From NCBI GenBank assembly GCA_964016885.1, contig OZ024740.1, positions 285,820,001-285,884,000 of the forward strand: DNA of 64,000 bases, written 5' to 3'. Below, in pieces: positions 39,035 through 51,788 of the stretch. The DNA is from Eledone cirrhosa (Eukaryota). The first letter of the stretch is position 1. Every line of letters begins with the position of its first letter. The position numbers and the translations under genes were made by a program. Below the pieces are notes generated by a model. That model made no database searches and was not told the origin of the DNA. It saw only the letters and a program-made list of their open reading frames with translations.

Positions 39035-40034
39035 GATAGATACACATTATCACTTCTAATTAATATTTATATTTAGCTTTGGTGGTGGGGAATGAGAGGA
39101 GGGGATACCTGTTGTATTTTTATGTCTTCTTTTCTTATTCTTTTTCTGATTATTTCATATTTCATATTAATGTTGTTGTTGGTGTTGGTGTTGTTGGTGA
39201 TGATGATGATGATGATAATAAAGTAATATGATTTAAAAACACCAAATAGCTTCCTTTGTTTCAAAGTAACCAAAGCTAGTTCTGACGGACAGCTTGATAA
39301 ATAGATAGATGGATATTTAGTGAAGCAGGTGTTTTAAATACTAGCATACATAAACGTTCAAACTTTACATGAATGAACACCTAAACATGTGAACAGAGTG
39401 TAAGATTTATTTTCTGAAGAGAGATATGACAGTGACTTCGAAGTTACACTTATTGCTTCTTCTGACTGCCTATTTATTTATCTATTTATCTATTTATTTA
39501 TTAAAAAGAATGTTGAGGTAACATGATTGATTCTGTATAACTGGAATTCAATAACATTTACAATTGCAGCTCAATACATTTTAGGGATTAAATCAAATTT
39601 CAGAAAATTGATTGATTGATTGATTTCTGATTTTACTGATTTCAACAAGTCTCCGGTACATTCTGAAGCGAAAAGAACTACTAATACTACTACTACTATT
39701 ACTACTACTACTACATCCACCATCACCACCACCACCACCACTAACAACTTAAATCAATTTTTCATGATGGGGAAATAACCCCCCCCCCCCCTGTCTTTCT
39801 TTACAATCAAAGGTACTTTATTTTGTTTTTGGTTTTTCTCCATTGTGTGGTATTAATCAGTAAAATGATGGTTTGTTGATGGTAGTAGCTAGCTGCTATG
39901 GTTGTTTTGATTGAGAAGATGCTTTTGTGTCAGCTCTGTTGTGTGTATATATATATAAGTAAAAGGTAAAAAGAAATGACAAAAATAAAGCAAACTGCAC
40001 AGTTCATGAAAGAAATATATATATATATATATAT

Positions 40035-40196
40035 AGTAATAATAAATGTGAAGACTAAAATCCGAAGAGGGCTCAATAAGGATTATACATATATATAAAC
40101 TATATATATATATATATATATATAAAAACTCTGAGAGCAAATATTTATTATAAGTACAGATTAAAGTTTAAATGAAGAATTGCTGTTTTCACCCTT
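40035..40196 (-). mobile_element. Truncated paralog of the 46627-46847 PLE-like element, between (TA)n tracts
   Basis: Shares GAAGACTAAAATCC.AAGAGGGCTC.ATAAGGAT and CAGATTAAAGTTT...GAAGAAT.GCTG.TTTCACCCTT with 46647-46770. Confidence 0.7.
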
Positions 40197-40937
40197 ATAT
40201 ATATATATATATATATATATAAGTTATATTTAATTTGTTGGGAAGAAAAAAAATATATATATATATATTTTTTTTTTTTTCTTCTATCTTGAATTATATA
40301 TATGTAGTATTGTTGAATATTATATATTTCAATTAATTAATGAAGAATTTGTAGAGTCTTCACTAAAATTATTAATTATTTCATTCTTAAGATAGTAATT
40401 GTAATGTAAATTAACCATAGTTTGTGTACCCAATTATGTTGGAAGATCTTAATTTAAATAGGAACTCTTTCAAATAGGTTATTGTTTTATAGAATCAGGA
40501 CCGGTTTTGGCAGGATTAATATCAAAAGTGTTAACTATAGGTTTTATATATAAAAGACACTTCTTAGATTTCAGTCACCCTTTGTTTTCTTGCCTTGTTT
40601 TATTTGACATAGTATATATACTGTATTTACCTGTGTATAAGTTGTATCCCCTATTTGGCATACAATGTTCTTGGTACCGTATTTGACATGCATAGAAAGG
40701 TTTTGCAGGTCTAGTAGATGAGTCGAAGTCGCATGCTGGTCTTTTTACATTGTTTCTTTTTGTGTGTGTGAAAAATAATGTGACTTATATGTACACGTGT
40801 ATGTGAGTGTGTGTGCATGTGCATGGAAATTGGATTTCTTCCACACAAGTAGAAATAAAAGGAAAGTTTTGGGGTTGAAAATACATTTGATGGTCTTTGA
40901 ACAAATTTTAGTTATTTATTTTTTTAAAATTCTATAC

Positions 40938-40940
<3 letters not shown>

Positions 40941-41005
<65 letters not shown>

Positions 41006-41057
41006 TATTAATATAATAAAATTCTATTAATATAATAAAATTCTATTAATAAATATA

Positions 41058-41119
<62 letters not shown>

Positions 41120-41135
41120 AATCTATTAATATAAT
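40941..41135. repeat. (TA)n tracts with short TCTATTAATATAATAAAAT tandem units
   Basis: Direct reading. Confidence 0.85.
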
Positions 41136-42896
41136 ATTTGCTTTATGATAATAAAATATCATCTGTTGAATCTTGTTACAATTTTAAATTGCAGACAATT
41201 TTTTTTTTTTAAATCTTTATTTATTTATTCTGATTTGTGATATTCTTTCATTTAATAACTTAAGATTGCAGAAGATGTAGTAAAACTTAAGGTCAAAATA
41301 AAAATGCAATATATAACAAAGAATAATTATAAAGAGAACTAAAACAGCAAACTGTATATTTCTTTAAATTCTCTGTATTTAAATTTAAAAAAATATATTT
41401 TATTTCAAGTGGATTCCAATACACCATAGTTGGTAGCCATTATAACATTTTCAGAATATTTTCTTCTTCTTCTTCATGCTTCACCGGATATATATTGATT
41501 TTTGATATATAAATATTATTATTGTTACCATTATTATTACTATTATAGTAACTAACCCAAATATTTTTTTTGGGGATCTGATTCAGTTTATATTTTGAAA
41601 GTACTTAAGTTATTCTTGTTAACATTTAGATAACACATAGTTGATATACAGTTAACATATAGTTAATGTATACTTAATAACTATTTAAGAACATACACAG
41701 CTGCTACTTTTGGTGTAATATATATTTTTTTAAATCTATTTTTTAACTAATATATATATACTCTCTTAAATATGTACACACGTGTATGTATATAATGTGT
41801 GTATATGTTTATTTGTAGAGATGTGTGTCTGTATTCTGTGTTCATAAGTATATACATGAAGTGGAATTGTGTGTCTGTGTGTATACACACACATAGAGAG
41901 AGAGTTGTGTATGTGTATAAAAACACATACATGTATATACACACACATAGTCCATTAGTTGATTTACACCATGCTGGAGTAATGCTTCAAGTTGCTGTAA
42001 TTTTGCAGGGAATCTTATTTTGGGGTGCCATTTTCTCCCATATTTTGTTTGAACAAATTTTCTTTTCTCTTTTATTCACTAATTACTAAATAGCACTTTG
42101 AATTGACGAAAATTGATTTTCTTTGTTGTATGGCTTATTTGCTGAAAAACAAGATCTGGTATCTTATTGTGTGTGTTTGTGTTGGTTGAGTGAGTGTTCC
42201 TTTAACTCAGCCATTCCAAACTTGAGGTCATGGAGCTAAATTCAAAATTTTTATTACTTTGTTGAAAATATAACATACACACATTATTGGCTATCTATTC
42301 TTCTCTTTTGATAGTTATTCTCACAGTATAACAATCTGGGAAGGAATTAATTGTAGTGAGAGGGGAAAGCTCATGGAAAAATTTTAAATAAAAGCTGTCC
42401 TTGCTAGTAAAAAGGTTGAGAACCATTGCTTGAATTCTATTAATATCAAGCTTTCTGAAACTACCCTTTGATCTATGATACAAGCTGTTTATTTTAAAGT
42501 GTTTATAAACCTTCCATCATAATTTTATGTAAGAAGTTTAAGATATGTTCCAAACACCACCTTAACGAGAAGATAAGTCATATTACTAACCCCCCCCCCC
42601 CCCCCCCCCCCCCTAAAAAAAAAACTCTTTGAAAATCATAGGCAGTATTTTTCATTGGAAATTTATTACTGAAAGGGTTAATGTCCATGAGGTGCTGTCA
42701 GCTTTGGATAATGATACTATTAATGAGATCTTCCTTCTCAAAAGTCATGTAATTGAGGGTTTGAATCGGGTAGTGTCAGTTAGAGAGAAACATCTGTTAA
42801 ATAATTATACTGTATTCTCTTCCTGCTGAGGTCAACTTTGCCTTTCATCCTTTCAGAGTTGGGGTTAATCCACCCCCCACCCCTCTCTGTCACCTA

Positions 42897-43070
<174 letters not shown>

Positions 43071-43898
43071 GGAAGAAATTGGCTGTGTTCAGATCTGGAA
43101 TGGGATGGACTCTACCAGGTTTAGAATGCCCATGTTATGTATCACAACAGTACCTCTATGACTCTATTAGGAGTTCAAGTAATGGTTGGTAATGATAGTA
43201 TTCTTTGCTCTTTATAAAATGAATTGTGTGTGTCTATGTTGCCTGTATACTGCTAGGTAGACTGTGCCAGTGGCTGTTTTGTTAAATACTACACTTAAGA
43301 TAAGAAATGAAGCACCTATTCTTCTGGTCAGCCAAAGTCAGCAACAATGTTACATTATACAACAGATGTTTAAGGCCTTTTTCCATGCTGCAACAGGAGT
43401 TAGCTTTGCAAATTCCATGATAGACATCATGATGTCCTTTTTTGAGGCAGTATTTTACAGCTGGATGTCTTTTTTGGTACCAACCCTTTTAGTCATCTCT
43501 TATGAATGCAGAGTTTCAGTGTACCAACTCTAAACTGAATACACACATTATGTATGCAAAAAAAAAAAAATGCCAGGGTATTTTACGGGCAAAATCAACT
43601 GGCAGAAAACCCAGGGATAGACCCTGAGCAGGATGGTTGGACAACATCCATAAGCTAGGCTGGTCTTGCTTGGGGATCCAGCTGGATCAGTTGGAGATGG
43701 TTGCTTCTGACAGAAGTCACTGGAAGGAGTGTTTGAGAACTCTGCCTCCACAACCCTCTCAGAAATAAGTGGGTGAAGAAGAAGAGGGGGGAGGTGACAA
43801 TAAATCAACTTATCAGTCAATCATTGAGGTCAATTAATTCAACTTAACCTACCCCACTAATTTGAAGTTTTGTATCTATGCTAAAAATTATTATTATT

Positions 43899-44283
43899 CA
43901 GTATCGGTAGAGGGTTGGACGCCATGCTTTCTAGCATAGTTACGTCCCTTTACAGTCTGAGTTCAAATCCCGCCGAGGTTAACTTTGCCTTTCATCCTTA
44001 CGGGGTCAATAAAATAAAGTACCAGTAATGTACTGGGTAATTGCTGGCCTTGTGCCAAAAGTAGAAACAATTATTATTATTATAACAATGAGGGCGGTGG
44101 ATTGGCAGTATCAGTAGAGGGTCGGACGCCATGCTTTGACGCATTGAGTTACGGCCCTTGCCATTCTGAGTTCAAATGTCGCCGAGGTTAACTTTGCCTT
44201 TCATCCTTAGTGTCGATAAAATAAAGTACCAGTAATGCACTGGGTAATTGCTGGCCTTGTGCCAAAAGTAGAAACAATTATTA
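43899..44283 (+). mobile_element. Two tandem tRNA-derived SINEs (Meta-domain-like family); full copy 44092-44283
   Basis: GGGCGGTGGATTGGCAGTATCAGTAGAG...GAGTTCAAAT (B box)...GAGGTTAACTTTGCCTTTCATCC...GTCGATAAAATAAAGTACCAG...GGCCTTGTGCCAAAAGTAGAAACAATTATTAT. Further copies at ~28600-28750 and 54751-54930. Confidence 0.85.
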
Positions 44284-45062
44284 TGGCTGTTGTCTTGTTA
44301 TTAATATATTTGTGTAACAAAAGACAGAATCTTTAGATTTGCCTATACCATATTGCCTAGGAAACAGTATTTATTCTCTTCAGTCTTGTTTTTATCTGCA
44401 GTTAGGCTATGTGGGGTGAAAATGGTATTTTTTATGTTGAAATATGGCAGCAAATATTTCAAGTGAATGAAAGAGATGTCAATTTTCTCAACCAAGCCAC
44501 AAAATACATGTATGCATGTGAACATATGGACATACAATATTAAAGTAGCATTATAATAGAATGTTCCAGAACTAAACTATCTTTGGCATAAATAAGATTT
44601 TTAAAATACATTTTATTTCCTGTTAAGAAAATTTATCAAAATATTCTTTTGTTTTCAACTATTCAATATTATTTTTCTTCTTGATAATATATATTTTTCT
44701 TAATATATATATATGTGTATTTAATATGAAGTATTGTGAAATATGTAGTAAAAGACCGATAATTTAAAAAAGCCAGTACAATGCAGTAGAAAAATATGAA
44801 AGGCAAATAATAACAAATAAAACAAAACATAGTAATGTTTTACCCAGTGTATTTTAACATATTTCAGGGCTAATACCCTCTTTTCAAATGTGGAACTGAA
44901 ACAGTTCAAAACAAAACAAACGATCACTATATTCTTCCTTAATTGGCCTATGTGTCTGGAATATGCATATGCCAAGTCATTACAGTAACCATTCTGCCTC
45001 GTACATTTCCTATCTATTATTTATCCTTGTTTTTTTTTTTCCGGCTGATGATAATGACCTCT

Positions 45063-45287
45063 TTAATCCTTTAGCATTTACATTACTCTAATATTTACTA
45101 TTATGTTTTCACGGTAACAACTTTATCTCACATACTTATCTCTCATAATATCGTATCGATTTTGATATTATTTATTTTGAGAGAAATACCTTAACATCAA
45201 TATGAGTGGCTGGTTATAGCCAATTTGAACAGAAATAGATGAGAGAATGCTGGCCGGATATGGCCGGTTTAAATGCTAAAGGGTTAA
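45063..45287. mobile_element. TTAA-flanked MITE family A
   Basis: TTAATCCTTTAGCATTTA...TAAATGCTAAAGGGTTAA TIRs. Confidence 0.75.
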
Positions 45288-45479
45288 TACTTACATTGTC
45301 CATATTCCTTTCTGTTGCCTCTATGGTGACCTCAATGTCTTGACTGCAGCATCTGTCAAGATGTCTTTTAATGGAAGATACTTTCATCATCATGTGCTTT
45401 GTTTAGTTGTATTTGGCATTATTTGCCCTTCATATTTTTGTATTGCATTGTTCCAGCTTTTTGAAAATTATTGGTTGTT

Positions 45480-45959
<480 letters not shown>

Positions 45960-46311
45960 TTTCTTTTGTATTTCAGTAGCAGATTATTAATATGAAGTTA
46001 GTATTTCATTCTGCCTCTATGGAAAATTTCCCCACTTATATTCATCCAGGCTAATATTTCATCTGATCGAACTTGACAAATGAGATATTCAAGTATTTGA
46101 TGAAGCAAAGTACCAACTTTGTGTCTGCTGGGCTAGATTATCCATTAAGGAATAAGATATATTGTATTCCTCATTCTAAACAATTTCTTTTTTTTTTTTT
46201 ACAGACATTAAATATGGGAGGGAAGGGGCACCATAATCTTTTATGTGGTTTTGGCCTCAAAAGGATTTAAACCACTCTTTAGTGTGTATATGTATATGTT
46301 TGTATGTGTGT

Positions 46312-46355
<44 letters not shown>

Positions 46356-46447
46356 CTGGGCAGTTATATCCGTAGTTGGTAGAGCACTCAGTCCAAACGA
46401 TGAGTTCAGTATCGAGTTAGTTCCACAACAAATTAGCAAACCATAAA

Positions 46448-46484
46448 CGAGGACGCGCGTTTCACCAGATGGATTTTCAACCCG
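46448..46484 (-). ncRNA. Minimal type I hammerhead motif, U3-A8 core variant
   Basis: CGGG-UUGAAAA-U-CCA-UC-UGG-U-GAAAC-GCGC-GUC/CUCG: 4-bp stem I including one G.U, 3-bp stem II, palindromic stem III ACGCGCGU, GUC triplet. Confidence 0.65.
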
Positions 46485-46537
46485 TGTATGGCTGCAGTGA
46501 GAACAGATTATATTTCTGTTCTCACTGCAGCCATACA

Positions 46538-46574
46538 CAGATTGAAAATCTGTCCAGTGAAACATGCGTCCTCG
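46538..46574 (+). ncRNA. Mirror hammerhead motif (U3-A8), stem I decayed
   Basis: CAGA-UUGAAAA-U-CUG-UC-CAG-U-GAAAC-AUGC-GUC/CUCG. Confidence 0.4.
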
Positions 46575-46626
46575 ATTATGGTTTGCTAATTTGTTGTGGA
46601 ACTAACTATATATATATATATATATA

Positions 46627-46840
46627 TAGTAATAATAATAAATTTGAAGACTAAAATCCAAAGAGGGCTCGATAAGGATAAATATATATCAAATATATAA
46701 GAACCGTAGAGCAAATATTTATTAAAATAACAGATTAAAGTTTGAGCGAAGAATCGCTGCTTTCACCCTTAACGGGATCTTCAGAAGATCCTGTTAAGGG
46801 TGAAAGCAGCGATTCTTTGGTTAAACTTTAATCTATTTTA

Positions 46841-46847
<7 letters not shown>
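46627..46847. mobile_element. PLE-like element ending in a fold-back (46715-46847) centred on a hammerhead CUGAAGA box
   Basis: Apex GGATCTTC-A-GAAGATCC. The minus arm reads CUGAAGA-U-CCC-GUUAA-GGG-U-GAAA followed downstream by AATAAA. Flanked by (TA)n. Confidence 0.65.
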
Positions 46848-46908
<61 letters not shown>

Positions 46909-47488
46909 TCATCATCATTGTTTAATGTCAGTTTTCCACACACACACACACACACACATACAGACACACCAATCAATCTTGCCTTAAATAGGACAATTCT
47001 CGTCTAACCCATGCTAGCATGGAAGATAGATGTTAAATGATGATGATGATATATATATATGTGTAAGAGCCAAAGTTTATTTCCCATTAGTTTGATTCAA
47101 TTATTCCTTATGATAATATTGCACTTTGTTTGGTTTTGCAAGATTTCTCACTCTGCATCATTGAATAGTGTATTTTCTTTCTCTTAGAAAATACATAATG
47201 ATAATAATAATAATGTGGTTTAAATGTTACAGCGACTTAGTTTTTTCTTGACTTACAACATAAAAGAATTGAAGAGCCAATTCTGTTTTATTGTGTAGAA
47301 GCCAAAAATAGCATGAAAAATATTTATCAACCTTTTAGGCTTAATAGTTCACTTTGAGCTGGGTTTTTTTCAATGCCATTTGAAAGCAAAGATAAATTTG
47401 TTGCCAGAATATTTGGTGTATTGATATATCTTCATATTAAAAGCCACTGTTCACATGCAGGTTTATAGAATAGTATGGACAGAACTCA

Positions 47489-47702
47489 TTAACCTTTTGT
47501 TACCATATTTCTAATGAAATACCTTGCTTATATGCTGCAATTAATTTTGAAAATGAAAGGTTTGGAAGAATTTAATGAAATTACTTAGTATGTTGATATT
47601 TGGAACATTACTTAACACACATTTCTTAAACGAAATGATGGCAATTTTGTATTAAAATAACCAGAGCTGTTTCAGGTGAGTTGTTAGTACAAAAAGGGTT
47701 AA
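47489..47702. mobile_element. TTAA-flanked MITE family B (others ~14428-14627, 25955-26200, 26430-26672, 32849-33110, 35068-35255, 42460-42681, 49611-49855, 50296-50506)
   Basis: TTAACC(C)TTTTGTTACCATATTTCTAATG...TTTCAGG..GTT...CAAAAGGGTTAA recurring in both orientations. Confidence 0.7.
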
Positions 47703-50700
47703 ACGAGTTTGAAGAACAGGCTAGAAAAGAGGGTTAGAAGTTTTATTATAGTTTATATATAAATTTATCGTTTTAGGAAGTTCAATTTGATGCTATTGAT
47801 AATTTTTAAACAAAAAAAGGGAATGTCTTTTTTGTTTCTTCTTGCTATCTTAATTTAATCTGCAAACTACTGTGAAACTAATGTGATGTTGGATAATAAC
47901 AAATATATATGAATCACTTTCAATTGAAGTTTTAATGGTTGGCATTAAAAAGGTCATCTGACTATTTATTCTGGTAATTCAAAGGAAGATATCCAAATGT
48001 GTAGAACCCATTAGTGTAAAGTACCAAATCAAATGTTTGAAAATAATGAAATATCTTCTACATTGACTAGATATTGTTAAACAATAATGATGCTGTAAAT
48101 TTATGAACTTTAGTTTCCAATCATTGATTTTTGTAAAATATACATGAAACTTCTTTTCATAAAAATTGATCTAAGGCTTCATGTGTAAAATGTAGAAGAA
48201 ATCAAATATCAAGCTTCTATATTTAAATAATATTGAAGATGTGTTAATAAAATCTGGTGTTTAATAGTTAATAAAAGAAATAAACCAAGAAAATGACAGC
48301 TTATTTCCTTTCGTTAAATAATCTGGACTTTTATTTCTAATATCTAAGCTAATTATATATTAAAGATTTTGATAGAACATTAGAATTTATACATGATGTC
48401 AACCAAACTAAAGACTAATCCATTCCAAAGGCGGTCTTTCTGTTGGTTTAAATATAGTTTGTTTAAATAGAAAATATATAAAACCAATGATAAAGATTAG
48501 GTTAAAACTTTTTGATAATGGCTAAAGTGAAAATATCATTGTCAGTCGATGTATGTGTATTATTTTAAAATTATAAGTCCATATAAAACAACTACACAGA
48601 GTATGTCATAATTAGCTAACTGTTAAGATATGTGAATAAAAAAAATTGCAGTGATATTAGACTTTATTCCAAAATTAATAGGTAGACAGTTCATTAAATG
48701 ATCAAAATGCTGCCTGTTTGCAAGCATGCCATTACTTTGTTTCTTTGTAATCAGTAAGCTGACTATGGCCCACCTTATATATAGCTATAATAGTGTAAGT
48801 TGTTGTTTAGCATTAGGTTAGTCTTTATTGAGTAAAGTGCCAAAGGAGTTCCATTCGTGACCATCAAATTCTTTTTCCATAGTTTATCTAGAACTGTACT
48901 ATTTTTTGCTGGTGAAGCTACAACACATAGAGGCTCCTTCATTGGCTTGATAAAGATGTAAGTTATTTTGATTGTTAGATATGTAATTGGTGGATGTGAC
49001 CAGTTAAAATCAAGAATTTGCCAGCTATAAAAGTAATTTTCTAAAGTTACATATAGTATCTCAAGTGCTGTAGATTACAGTTGCATCAGGATAAATCATA
49101 TCTTTAATAAAAAGATACAGTAACAAGAGAAAAGAATAGTACAAGTTGAGGTATTCAAAGTAAAGAAAAAATAGAAGCAAATAGAACTAAGATAAATAAG
49201 CCAAACAACTGATAAGATTAAGTATGCAAGTTATCTATTTTTATCAAATATTGTCTGTGGGTGTGTGTCTGTAATAATTGTCATTTGATTTTATCTGTTT
49301 GTTTTTTTCTCATTTTCCTTATATGTATATGTGAATGGGTTGGACATGTCTTGAAGACAGTATTTTTCTAACTTCTTGATTCTGTTCACTTCAGCCTCAA
49401 AGATGTTATGATAGTGGGTTTCTATAGCTGAAGATCTTTATTGTCACTTCATTGTTTTGATATGTGTATGATGTGTGGTAGATGTTACTGTAAGCTATAC
49501 CTATTTGTGGAGCTTTGGAATGGTTTGGATAACTACTTTCTGGACAACTTTTGAGTTTACAAAGATATCCTACTTCTTAATGTTTGAAACAGCTAATGGT
49601 TAGAATGATTTTAACTCTTTCATTACCAAACTGCCTGAAATAGTTCTATGATAAAACTGTTTATTTTATAGTGTTTATATTTATCTAAAAATTTTCCATC
49701 ATAATTTTATGTAAGAATCTTTAAGTTATGTTCCAAACATTAGCTTAATAAGGAGATAGTTAATTATTTTACTAAATAGCTCAAAATTCTTGATTATATC
49801 AAAAATTATTTGAAAATTATAGACAGTGTCTTCCATTAGAAATATAGTAATAAAATATAACATAATTGTTCATCACTCTAAGGTTAACACAATCAAGATC
49901 TGAGTTTGCCAAGCTAGTCAATAAAAGAAGCTTGCCTCAAGGACTTCAGTGAAGTTAATGGAAGATCTCTCAGAACAGAACTAATCGTATCAAGTTCAAC
50001 TCTTTTCATACTCAATGAAAAGAGTTTATTAAAGAAAGATATATAAAGATGTTCTGAGATTCAGTTTATCTAAGGCTTTTCTAAAATGATATGCTGGTTC
50101 TGGTATTTTTGGCTGTCATATCATGAGTTGGCTTTCTCTATCTTCCTCTTAGTACTTTCTATACTATTTCATAATTTGCTTCTGTATAACAGGCAAATTC
50201 CTAGGATATACCCTTATATAAACATGCATATATGTTAAGGTATGCATGTATGTAGCTATTATACTTATGTATTTATTATACACACTATATATTTATTAAC
50301 CCTTTCATTATTATATTTCTTATGAAGAATCTTTACTAAAATTATTAATTATTTCATTAAGATAGTATTTGTAACATAACTTATCGAAAAGTTTTTATAT
50401 CAAATTATGTTGGAAAGTTTTGATTTATATGGGAACCCTTTAAAATGATTCATTTTGTTTCACATAAATAGGCAATTCTGAGTAGGTTGGTATCAAAAGG
50501 GTTTAAAGTTTTGCTGCAAACTGATATTAAACATTATGTTTAATTTACCTATACAGTCTGGTAAATATTTCTGTACTGGTTTTTATTTAACTAGTTTTCA
50601 GGTTATCTAACTTATTACATAATTGATTAGTTTAACATTAGATATACACTTAGTAGGGTAATATTAACAATTTCATTTTTAATTGTCTAATCTGTTAAAA

Positions 50701-51584
50701 GCAATAAAATTTGGAGGCTAAATTAAAGAGAAATTTTATCAAAATTCTTCACTGGCTTCATTTATGTTGCAAAATTTATATTACTATCAGAATTTAATTG
50801 AATGGAAGCCAAAATACCAGCTGTCCTTTATATTGAAATCATGATGATTGGTAGCAGTGGTAATAATGATGATGATTGTAATGGTGGCAATGTTGTTTAG
50901 TTTACCATTTATTCTTTCACACTTTTTACTTCTCTTTTCCTTTTAACCACCATCATCAACATATCACTGATTTGATTTTCTTCTCCACTATGAACATTCT
51001 ATATATTTGAGGATAAAATTTTAAATGTTTTTATCTGCATTAGTCTAAAAAAAAGTTCAATAATTATTTGACCCTATCTTGTTTCCCATTTTTTTTCCTT
51101 TTTGACTCTTAAAGTAATTTTTCTATGGGAATGATGTCAAATGTTTATAGAAATATGCATGCTATATGATTTGTATGTTATCAAAGATGTTAGTCATTAC
51201 TTGTGTTGGATATCCTCTGAGATATGTTGGCATGATAATATCCTAAAACAGACATTTTGCAGGTGAATATCGAATATCTGATATACTTCCAAACTTATTG
51301 AATATGAAATATTTGATAATATGTGTCAATTAGTCATAAATATAGTGAATCATTCTATCTTTATTTGATAGTATTTTGCACTGTCTTTTATATGACTGTG
51401 CCAAGTTTCTGTCAGTTCATTTCAATATGTATAATTTCAGCTTTTGGTAATAGTTTCATAATCATGTTATGATTTCAGTTAGTTATATATCTCACATATA
51501 TAACACACCATATATGTCACACCTGTAGTTAAGGTGCACCATACAACATACAACATTCTTAGCTCAGTACTTAACTAGCATATA

Positions 51585-51788
51585 CCATATAATCTCAAAT
51601 ATAAGCCGATTAGAATAGAAAACGACTTCACTATTTTATGTGTGAGAAATGGGCAAAAATCCAAACTTTACGTAAAATTTGAAGTTGGTGAAAATCATCA
51701 AAATATTGCCCCCAAATATAAACCAGGCCCCTTTTTCCATCGATTTTTTAAATCACATATTCCTGTGCTTATATTCGAGTATATACAG
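51585..51788. mobile_element. Tc1/mariner-superfamily MITE with TA duplication
   Basis: TA|CCATATAATCTCAAATATAAGC ... GCTTATATTCGAGTATATACAG|TA imperfect TIRs. Confidence 0.65.

Larger units (their letters stand above)
46352..46607. mobile_element. tRNA-like head plus ~93-bp-arm inverted repeat (46415-46607) between (TA)n tracts; homolog of 19982-20245
   Basis: ATATCCGTAGTTGGTAGAGCACTCAGTCCA head matches the reverse complement of 20213-20242; arms AGTTAGTTCCACAAC...GAGAACAGA / TCTGTTCTC...GTTGTGGAACTAACT. Confidence 0.85.
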
